Notes under the pieces: model-generated
The model's database searches: none
What the model was told of the DNA's origin: nothing
Seen by the model: the letters and a program-made list of their open reading frames with translations, nothing else
Source: an uncultured archaeon
GTDB lineage: Archaea; Asgardarchaeota; Lokiarchaeia; Sigyniarchaeales; SOKP01
Reading direction: 5' to 3'
Assembly: GCA_964447495.1 (NCBI GenBank)
Contig: CAYUTF010000098.1
Coordinates: 1-11,164, forward strand
DNA: 11,164 nucleotides
Shown here: one piece after another, positions 1-6,876 of the stretch
Position numbering within the stretch: position 1 is the first letter of the stretch
Layout: the number at the start of each line of letters is the position of its first letter
Position numbers and translations under genes: made by a program

Positions 1-51
1 CTCTTTAAAGCTTTTCTTAAGTTTCTCATTTGTACTTTTACCAATGCTCAT
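1..51 (-). CDS. Possible 5' end of a gene running off the left edge (MSIGKSTNEKLKKSFKE...)
   Basis: ATG at 51..49 on the minus strand opens 17 sense codons to the window edge, preceded by an AT-rich ~200 bp intergenic region. Too short to identify. Confidence 0.35.
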   Translation of the reverse strand, partial: MSIGKSTNEKLKKSFKE

Positions 52-256
52 ATATATGCTATTACATTATCTCTTTCAGTTGACTAATTCTTTTAATTAT
101 CAGATAATTAATATTATAGATAATATAGTGCTTATCATATTTCAATTATGGTCATTATGGATTCTAACCTATAATTTAAGCGTTTATAAGTATTTAAAAA
201 TTGAGAGTTCTTTAATCCTTTCTTTATTGGTACATTATGCTGCGTTTTCCATAATA

Positions 257-1567
257 TTATTCCTCTCTATTTAGTTGGATAAACTCAAATTTTTTTAATA
301 CTTTAAGAATTTGCGAAACTCTATAATCAGAGGACCTCAAATCTCGCGTTTTTGTTGCAATAAAACATGAATAATTGTTAGAATTCGTTTCAATTAACTG
401 TATTGGAGGGGTTATCATCTCCGGGATTTTTTTTAAGATCTTAAAAGTAAGATTATTTCTTATATCTTCTTTAGATTTTTGCCCTATATATTGCAAATCC
501 AATCGATTATATTTAGAAAAGTATTCTGGATGAATAGACATTTTTTCTAATCCCATTTTCATAGGTTTAACTATTAGGTTAAATATATTCATCTTATAAA
601 TATTTCTGATTCCTAAATAAGATGTTGTCAATCGAGGATTAATTTCAATAAATTGAAAGCCAGCTTTTGGAGTTTTTATAAAATCTATACCGAAATATCC
701 CTTAAAATCAGAGAGATTTAACTTTTTTATTAAGGGTTGTAAAGAGGATTGAATCTCATCATAATTTTCTGCAGGAGTCATACCTCCATTATATCTTGAG
801 TCGATGCTGTTTTTACAAAGAATAACATTTTGAGTATTAATACTTAAAATATATGGGATAACATCATTGAATTTCGATACACCTATCAGAGACATGCTCA
901 TGTCAACTCCATCAATAAATCTCTGTAGAATATATTTGCGAGAAAGATCCAATACGTTTTTAGAGTTTCCAAATAATTTATTTATTTGTTCTTCTTGATC
1001 AATATGCAGAATTGACTCTGCTCCTACACCATCTTCGGGTTTAATAATGATGGAGTTGTTCAATTCATTAAATTTATTATGAATAAAATCTAAATCAAAT
1101 TGACCATCATAAACAGGAATTACATACGTTTCTGGAGTGGGAACATGAGATTTTTTAAAGAACTCGTAGGTGTTCATCTTTGAGGCTCCAAGTTTAATCC
1201 CATTTAGCCCTATGCTATATGTTTGTTTTTTATATTTATAAGCGATTTCTGTGAGATTGTAGAGAATATTTGAAAATTCAGGAGCAATAATGAAACAACA
1301 GTCTGATTTTAATAAAGTTTTTTCAAACTTTTCAATGCAGTTGTCATCTAGATCAACAAATAAGATGAAATCTGCTTTTAAATAAGCCGATAGAAATTTG
1401 ATGCGTTTATCTAAGAGGGTTAAAATTTCAAAGTTGAGTTTCTTAAAATCCTCTATTATTGATTTGAGCATACTATATCCTTCAGAGAATAATGACGACG
1501 GAATACTCTCTTTATTAAATCCCCCACCAGAAACAAACTCAAAAATGAATATTTTCTTCTTTTTCAT
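257..1567 (-). CDS. mfnD: ATP-grasp ligase of the COG1821 / MfnD (tyramine--L-glutamate ligase, methanofuran biosynthesis) family, with a C-terminal extension
   Basis: Family-typical N-terminus IFIFEFVSGGG...SLFSEGYSML and IIAPE motif. ATP-grasp motifs IIKPEDGVGA, ILQRFIDG, GYFGIDFI and IEINPRLTTSY. The fold is secure; the exact substrate is inferred. Confidence 0.75.
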   Translation of the reverse strand: MKKKKIFIFEFVSGGGFNKESIPSSLFSEGYSMLKSIIEDFKKLNFEILTLLDKRIKFLSAYLKADFILFVDLDDNCIEKFEKTLLKSDCCFIIAPEFSNILYNLTEIAYKYKKQTYSIGLNGIKLGASKMNTYEFFKKSHVPTPETYVIPVYDGQFDLDFIHNKFNELNNSIIIKPEDGVGAESILHIDQEEQINKLFGNSKNVLDLSRKYILQRFIDGVDMSMSLIGVSKFNDVIPYILSINTQNVILCKNSIDSRYNGGMTPAENYDEIQSSLQPLIKKLNLSDFKGYFGIDFIKTPKAGFQFIEINPRLTTSYLGIRNIYKMNIFNLIVKPMKMGLEKMSIHPEYFSKYNRLDLQYIGQKSKEDIRNNLTFKILKKIPEMITPPIQLIETNSNNYSCFIATKTRDLRSSDYRVSQILKVLKKFEFIQLNREE

Positions 1568-1702
1568 GATTAAGATATAAACTCGGTAATCAGTTAAAAT
1601 AAAAGAAGTTTTTCATAAAAATATTAAGATAGATTAGTTTTAAAATAATGCTTAAATTATCTTATATAACTGGAATTTAATAAAAAAACATGATTAAAAA
1701 TT
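1568..1702. promoter_or_regulatory. Divergent promoter region (mfnD-like / BRO1-like gene) with candidate archaeal TATA boxes
   Basis: Non-coding AT-rich gap between divergent starts. TTATATAA at 1662..1669 and TTTAATAA at 1676..1683 lie upstream of ATG 1703. The AT-rich background makes these motif calls weak. Confidence 0.4.
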
Positions 1703-2944
1703 ATGCCTCCTTTTGAAGATGAAGATACTAAACGTCGAATTCGATATCTTCATTTTAAAATTAAACATTTAGAAGAAGCCTTAGAAAAAGAAGATGAGAA
1801 TTTTACTTTAGATGATTTAAATCTAGTATTGGAATACACTCGTATTTTGAATATAAATTATCAGAACGTAGATCATTCCAAGATTCTAAAAGATCTAGAT
1901 ATCACCTCTATATTTCAAGATCCTTTAGAAAATAATAAGGAAATTCAAATTAATGATATTATGTTTGAGTGCAGTCGCATTTTATGGGTTATGGCAAGAG
2001 CTTATGCGTACCTTTCTGAGAAGTTTGAAAATGAGCAAGAATGGGAGGACTCCATCATTGCAATGGTGGAATGTAGTAAGATTTATAAAAGCGCGGCCTA
2101 TTTTAGTTCTTCTGTGGTTTATCAGAAAGATGTTGGGACAAGTTTATCGTCTGAAAATTTAGAATTAAATTCTGAAGAAGCACGCGTAATTGCTCAAAGT
2201 TTAGCTGCATTAAGAGAAGAAAATAATAATAACATTTATTTTGCCTCAAAACTATATGCGGGATTAAGTGCATTATCAAAAAGGTTATTTTATCTTAAAA
2301 AGCATGTTGAAAAGAAGAAACAGCAATTAAGAGGGCAATTTCATTTTGATATGGGAAAAGCTTGTCAACTAAAGGCACACGCATCAATTGAATCTTCCTT
2401 AACTTCTATAAATCAAAATAAAGTCTTAAAATTAAATCAAAAAGCATCTTTCTATTATCAAAAGGCTTTGGATATCTGGGAAGGAATGGTAAAAAACTTA
2501 TCTGACCTTTCTAAAGATGAGCGCGATAGCATTGAAAATAACATCTCAATTGTAAAAGAATTAATAAAAGAGATGAATATTGAATCATTAGATTATGAAG
2601 AAATTAAAAAAATACAAGATCCTGAACCCATAATTATCATCCCAGAGAATTTAGCTCCCTTTGTACCGAAAAATATCGTATATTTGACGAGATTTGTGCC
2701 TAAAGATCTTAATATAAAAAGATTTAAATCCTTTCAAAAGAAGAAATTAGAACAGAAAATCCCATATAGCAAAAAAGAGAAATTAATTGATCAGAAATCG
2801 GGAATTATACGAACAATAAACGAGTTGAAACAATTAAATGAAAGCAATGAGATTGAAGTAGACAAATTCGCAGAACTCTTGGAAAAATATTCAACCAAAC
2901 TCAAGATGATTGAGACGGCTATAGAAAAACTTACAAAACAATGA
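1703..2944 (+). CDS. All-helical 413-aa protein: putative BRO1-like domain (aa ~10-295), Pro-rich linker (aa ~306-333) and steadiness-box-like C-terminal helical hairpin (aa ~361-413)
   Basis: Clear long ORF. Collinear motifs FQDPL, [32 protein letters not shown], VIAQS and FASKLY match BRO1-family blocks as recalled. The C-terminus aligns without gaps to the TSG101 steadiness box as recalled. The CDS is secure; the confidence value refers to the domain call. Confidence 0.65.
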   Translation: [413 protein letters not shown]

Positions 2945-3006
2945 AATATTTCTCATTGGGGTATTAATTTTATAATTTTCTCTTTATAAGTACCTATTTA
3001 TCTAAA

Positions 3007-3477
3007 TCATTCAAAATATAGCTTACGATTTTTTTCCAGTTCAAATTTTCTGTCAGAAGGATTTTTTAAAACCAGATCATACACTTCTTTAAAAATAATA
3101 CCTAATAAGAGCACTTTAATTATAAGCAATAAATAGATCATCAATAATTGAAGATTGTTCTGTTCTTTAAAAAGTAGGGAAAAAAATAATAGTAAATTAG
3201 GAAAATAAATCATTGTGATGATACCAAGTCTTTTACCAAATTTTATTATATTTTTATCCTCTAATTTAAATACATCTTTTAAATGTATTCCTTCAAGTAT
3301 AATATATACACTAAATATTATGTTCAGAATACAAATAAGAACAATAAAATCTCTATCAATCGGTTCTAATGCGATGTAGGGTTTTAAAACGATGGTACTG
3401 AATAAGAAAGTCAATGAAAAAAGAGACAAAAGAGAGGATAATGATAAAAGTCCATTGCGAAACTCTTTATAATCCAT
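3007..3477 (-). CDS. Hypothetical integral membrane protein, 4 predicted TM helices, 156 aa
   Basis: ATG-started ORF filling the gap between neighbouring genes, with four hydrophobic segments (aa ~10-31, 44-63, 84-103, 110-130) and a charged C-terminal tail. Confidence 0.8.
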   Translation of the reverse strand: MDYKEFRNGLLSLSSLLSLFSLTFLFSTIVLKPYIALEPIDRDFIVLICILNIIFSVYIILEGIHLKDVFKLEDKNIIKFGKRLGIITMIYFPNLLLFFSLLFKEQNNLQLLMIYLLLIIKVLLLGIIFKEVYDLVLKNPSDRKFELEKNRKLYFE

Positions 3478-3584
3478 TATGATAAGAGAATGAAATTTAC
3501 TTTTTCAACCGAAATATTTGAAGTTGAACTTTTATAAAAGAAAAAATTGAAAGATATATTAATATATTCAAAATAATCGCGAAT
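3478..3584. promoter_or_regulatory. Divergent promoter between the two membrane-protein genes, with BRE/TATA-like GAAAGATATATTAA and several palindromes
   Basis: A purine-rich BRE-like stretch followed by ATATATTAA (3554..3562) is centred about 27 nt upstream of ATG 3585, the spacing expected for a leaderless archaeal transcript. Perfect palindrome CTTTTATAAAAG at 3529..3540. Confidence 0.5.
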
Positions 3585-5318
3585 ATGACTATTTTAAGTG
3601 AAGCTGAGATAGAGAAATTAAAACAAACTCATCCCAAAAAGAAAATCCTGAGATGGTTCTTTTTAATTTCTGGATTAATAATTACAATCCTAGGCTTGTT
3701 TCTGTTTATATTTGGAGTAGATTTTGGATTTGAAGTAGAAGATGTCAATCTCTCAATATTAGTCGATATTATGATTATCATAATAGGGCTCATCATTGCT
3801 TCAAAATATTTCATAGCACCCTATTATTTAAGAGAGAACTCAATTACTATCAAAAGCGCACGAAATTTAAGAGAAATACCATTAAAAGAAGTGAGATTTT
3901 CCTCTTATGATATCTCCAGATTATTTGCAGCCTTAATTTTAATTATCATTGGCATAATATCTTTTATCACTTTTGGCATGGATGTTGGCCATGAGGTTGA
4001 ATATGGAAGCGCTGTTGTTCTTGGAGGCCCCTCTTTTTTTTATCTAACAGGTCTACCTATGTTCATAATTGGAATTTGCTTATTTTTATATTTTGTATTA
4101 AGTATATTTAGGGGAAAATTTTCAGTATCTGAAAATTTTTATTTTTTTTATGAAATTCGACCAGGATTTTCATGGTTAACGGAGATTCCTAAAAAAGATA
4201 TTGAAGCGATAAGATTTCAAAATAACCATCTTGGACCAAAATTGTCTTGGATTGTATTATTTATTCCTTTTATTGTATTACAGTTAATGACGGGAATTCC
4301 CTTATTTTTTGTGGATAAAGCAGGGCCAGAATATGTGTTATCTTGGTCTTTTTTAATATATTCACTAGTAGAGATAATAGTGTTAATTATTTTAGTTTTA
4401 TTTCAACCACATTATTTCGAAATCGCGACCAAGGATATGCTATATGAGATGTGGTTTTCCCCAATAAAATTTAGAAATCAAAAAAAAGTTAAGGATGATT
4501 TTAAAGACCTATTTGGTTATCTCCCCAGAAAAGTTAAATTACCTAATGATAGAAAACAAAACGGAGAGATTACGGGAAAAAATCTCCAAAATGATATTGT
4601 AGTTTCATCTCAACTTAATAAGACCCATTTTCAGTTATTTCAATTATTATTTGGAATGGTTTTAGTAATAATGTCATCTATTATGATTACTCAGATGATT
4701 TTATTTGGTCCTTTTGTTTGGTGGATTGCATTAACCTATGGAATTATACTTATTATAAGAGCAATTAATCATGACTTTAGCAAAAATAACGGAGATGAGA
4801 TACAGTATAATATTGATTTACAGAAATTCACTTTATGCCGAGAATTCATGTTTAAATTTCAGTATATGATGTTTGACAAGGTAAAATCCGTAAAAATTAC
4901 AAAATGGTATAGAAAGTTAGATTTTTTTGATTTTGTAGGATTGGGGGGCTTAATTATATTTTTAACTATACAACAATTTGAAGGTTGGGTATTAGCAAAC
5001 TCGTTAGGCTTAATCCTTGATAACATCATTAGCACAATAGTATTACTAATAATTATGATCTTAGTTTTTCTATTTATATTTTTACCCATTAACGTGATTG
5101 AATTAAACATTCCCTCGATCACCTATAGAATAAATATAACATTAAAGAAAGAGGATAGATCATATCTAAAATCATTTAAATCGAACATATATGAAAATTT
5201 CAAAGCGATATTTAGAAAAGAATTGAAAAGAACATGTTACATTAGATTAATTGTGATATTTGTATTAATTTTAGGTGTATGTATTTATATGGTATTTTAT
5301 TTTCTCTTTATATTTTAA
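3585..5318 (+). CDS. Hypothetical polytopic membrane protein (577 aa, about 11 TM) with internal repeats and PH-like beta segments
   Basis: Long ORF with five TM hairpins plus a C-terminal TM. Repeated motifs FGxDxGxEVE (aa 43-52, 130-139), EIPxK (aa 97-101, 200-204) and FxP..E-x7-Y (aa 273-287, 499-514). Confidence 0.85.
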   Translation: MTILSEAEIEKLKQTHPKKKILRWFFLISGLIITILGLFLFIFGVDFGFEVEDVNLSILVDIMIIIIGLIIASKYFIAPYYLRENSITIKSARNLREIPLKEVRFSSYDISRLFAALILIIIGIISFITFGMDVGHEVEYGSAVVLGGPSFFYLTGLPMFIIGICLFLYFVLSIFRGKFSVSENFYFFYEIRPGFSWLTEIPKKDIEAIRFQNNHLGPKLSWIVLFIPFIVLQLMTGIPLFFVDKAGPEYVLSWSFLIYSLVEIIVLIILVLFQPHYFEIATKDMLYEMWFSPIKFRNQKKVKDDFKDLFGYLPRKVKLPNDRKQNGEITGKNLQNDIVVSSQLNKTHFQLFQLLFGMVLVIMSSIMITQMILFGPFVWWIALTYGIILIIRAINHDFSKNNGDEIQYNIDLQKFTLCREFMFKFQYMMFDKVKSVKITKWYRKLDFFDFVGLGGLIIFLTIQQFEGWVLANSLGLILDNIISTIVLLIIMILVFLFIFLPINVIELNIPSITYRINITLKKEDRSYLKSFKSNIYENFKAIFRKELKRTCYIRLIVIFVLILGVCIYMVFYFLFIF

Positions 5319-5349
5319 AGTAAAATAAAATTAAATATTTATATCAAGG

Positions 5350-5355
5350 AAAAAA
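5350..5355 (-). terminator. Candidate oligo-T archaeal terminator after rpl40e
   Basis: T-tract on the minus strand directly after the tandem TAA TAG stops, within the 41-bp convergent gap. Confidence 0.35.
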
Positions 5356-5359
5356 GCTA

Positions 5360-5524
5360 TTATTTAACTAATTCTCTTTTCTTCAATCGAAGATCCTTTC
5401 CATGGCATCTGCGACACTTTTTTGCCCTAATTGGATTTAGTGCTCCACATCGCCTGCACACACTTTTTTCTAATAAATGATATCTTGCTATTTTGCGTTT
5501 TTCTGGGTCATCAATAGGAGCCAT
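5360..5524 (-). CDS. rpl40e: 50S ribosomal protein L40e (eL40), 54 aa; absent from the ORF track
   Basis: Manual translation [54 protein letters not shown]. It has the CxxC-x10-CxxC zinc ribbon with the A-x-N-P and LRxK eL40 signatures. SD-like GAGATGA upstream. Confidence 0.96.
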   Translation of the reverse strand: MAPIDDPEKRKIARYHLLEKSVCRRCGALNPIRAKKCRRCHGKDLRLKKRELVK

Positions 5525-5692
5525 TGTTCATTTCATCTCATAAATTTACTTTTTGTAATAAAAAATGCATTCTAAAAATTAAAGATTATACTGTAAAATT
5601 GTTTTAAAAATTAAAATTTTTGTATCTAATGAAAAAATTAAAATTTTATAATTAATAGAATATATATATTAAATTTTAAGAATAACAGTTTT
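5525..5692. promoter_or_regulatory. Divergent rpl40e / rpl38e promoter region
   Basis: Extremely AT-rich non-coding gap between divergent ribosomal protein genes, with TATA-like TTTTATAA (5644..5651) and TATATATA (5661..5668). Confidence 0.5.
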
Positions 5693-5899
5693 GTGTCGAT
5701 TAAATTGCCAAAAGAGATATTAAGTGAAGAAAAATTTCTTGAATTAGCGGAATTTGCTATTCATTGCAGGGTCAAACGTAAAAAAGATATTGTAAAAATC
5801 AAGCTTAGAACCCGTAAATACCTTTATACATATAAAACAGACCCAAATTCAGCAGATAGATTGTTGAACAATATTAAATGCGATGTTATTGAGCTTTAA
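5693..5899 (+). CDS. rpl38e: 50S ribosomal protein L38e (eL38); the true start may be TTG at 5705 (MPKEI...)
   Basis: PKEI...FL, VKIKLRTRKYLYT and ADRL match the eL38 pattern (eukaryotic MP+xI...VKFKVRCSRYLYTL...AEKL). Confidence 0.92.
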   Translation: MSIKLPKEILSEEKFLELAEFAIHCRVKRKKDIVKIKLRTRKYLYTYKTDPNSADRLLNNIKCDVIEL

Positions 5900-5943
5900 A
5901 ATAATTGAATTGATTTCGATAAAAAGATTTAAGTATTAAACTA

Positions 5944-6450
5944 ATGAGAAAGCTTCCAGCTTGTAATACATGTGTAAGAACAGGTTTTTTATGTGTTAAT
6001 TGCCAAGAAAATCTTGATACGGGTAAAATAACACAATTTGAATTAGATTTAGCCAAGGATTTACTTGACCTGGAAGAAGAAAAATTTGGTTATTTAAAAG
6101 AGATTTCTTTTTATAAAGCGATTGATTTTGAAGACGTAGTAATTTTAGTTGTAGGTAAAAAAGATAAGTTAAAAATTACAAACGAACTAATAAATTGGAT
6201 GAAAGAAACCTATGAAATCGATGAAATAATCATTATTGAAAATACTAAGAAACCAAGACCCGTATTAGAAGCTTTAATCGCTCCCTATAAAATACTCTCT
6301 TTAAATGAAATCTTCCTTGCAACTGGAGATATTCAATTTAAAGCTATCCTCTTTAAAAAAGATCTAGATAAAATTCTATTTACAAAGGAGGAACTGGAAG
6401 AACTAGTTTTAGAATTAACGGGAAATATCACTAGAATTGAATTTGAATAA
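5944..6450 (+). CDS. Archaeal NusA-like paralogue (NusA2) with N-terminal Cys4 zinc finger and KH-like domains
   Basis: LPACNTCVRTGFLCVNCQ (CxxC-x6-CxxC), then G-x-I-T, YKAIDFEDVVILVV, LIAP..LSLNEIFLATG and a terminal LTG...RIEFE, as in the crenarchaeal NusA-like family. Confidence 0.88.
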   Translation: MRKLPACNTCVRTGFLCVNCQENLDTGKITQFELDLAKDLLDLEEEKFGYLKEISFYKAIDFEDVVILVVGKKDKLKITNELINWMKETYEIDEIIIIENTKKPRPVLEALIAPYKILSLNEIFLATGDIQFKAILFKKDLDKILFTKEELEELVLELTGNITRIEFE

Positions 6451-6458
6451 CCATTATA

Positions 6459-6468
6459 TTTGTTTTTT
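6459..6468 (+). terminator. Candidate oligo-T terminator between nusA2 and pth2
   Basis: TTTGTTTTTT shortly after the nusA2 stop codon. Confidence 0.3.
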
Positions 6469-6496
6469 GCTTAAATAATAATAGGTATGTATTATT

Positions 6497-6853
6497 TTGG
6501 ACGAGTATAAACAAGTAATTCTAATAAGGACTGATTTAAAGATGGGCATCGGTAAAAAATGTGCTCAATCATGCCATGCCTCTGTGTCTGCTTCTGATTT
6601 AGTTAGGATAAAGAATAAAAATGTTTGGAAGGATTGGAAAAATACTGGTCAAAAAAAGGTAGTACTTAAAATTAATAATTTAGATTTGATAAAAGAAATC
6701 ATAATAAAATTAGAAAAGAAAAAAATAATTTATTTTTTGGTTAAAGATGCTGGGTTGACTCAATTAACACCCGGAACCATTACAGCATTAGGAATAGGTC
6801 CTGCACTTTCTTCAGAGATTGATGAGATAACTGGAGACTTAAAATTATTATAA
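6497..6853 (+). CDS. pth2: Peptidyl-tRNA hydrolase, Pth2 family
   Basis: [25 protein letters not shown]...[24 protein letters not shown] and [11 protein letters not shown] start with AGGT SD-like motif at 6483..6486. Confidence 0.97.
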   Translation: MDEYKQVILIRTDLKMGIGKKCAQSCHASVSASDLVRIKNKNVWKDWKNTGQKKVVLKINNLDLIKEIIIKLEKKKIIYFLVKDAGLTQLTPGTITALGIGPALSSEIDEITGDLKLL

Positions 6854-6876
6854 ATGTATTTAGAAAGGTTCCAATA

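Noticed and set aside
44-274. 76-aa plus-strand hydrophobic ORF
   Set aside because: Composition expected from AT-rich intergenic DNA, overlaps the mfnD-like stop and the possible edge gene, and has no recognisable motif. It cannot be fully excluded.
1398-1580. 60-aa ORF
   Set aside because: Antisense shadow of the ATP-grasp gene.
1690-1716. Out-of-frame mini-ORF (MIKNYASF*) overlapping the BRO1-like start
   Set aside because: Such short ORFs are expected by chance, and there is no evidence of function.
1953-2162. 69-aa alternative-frame ORF
   Set aside because: Nested in the 413-aa gene, with no motif or initiation signal.
2942-2989. Possible selenocysteine read-through at the TGA stop of the BRO1-like gene
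   Set aside because: Read-through would add only a short featureless peptide, with no redox motif and no visible SECIS-like hairpin.
3629-3814. 61-aa minus-strand ORF
   Set aside because: Antisense shadow of the 577-aa membrane gene.
4859-5122. 87-aa minus-strand ORF
   Set aside because: Antisense shadow of TM-coding sequence, with Ile/Asn/Lys-rich composition.
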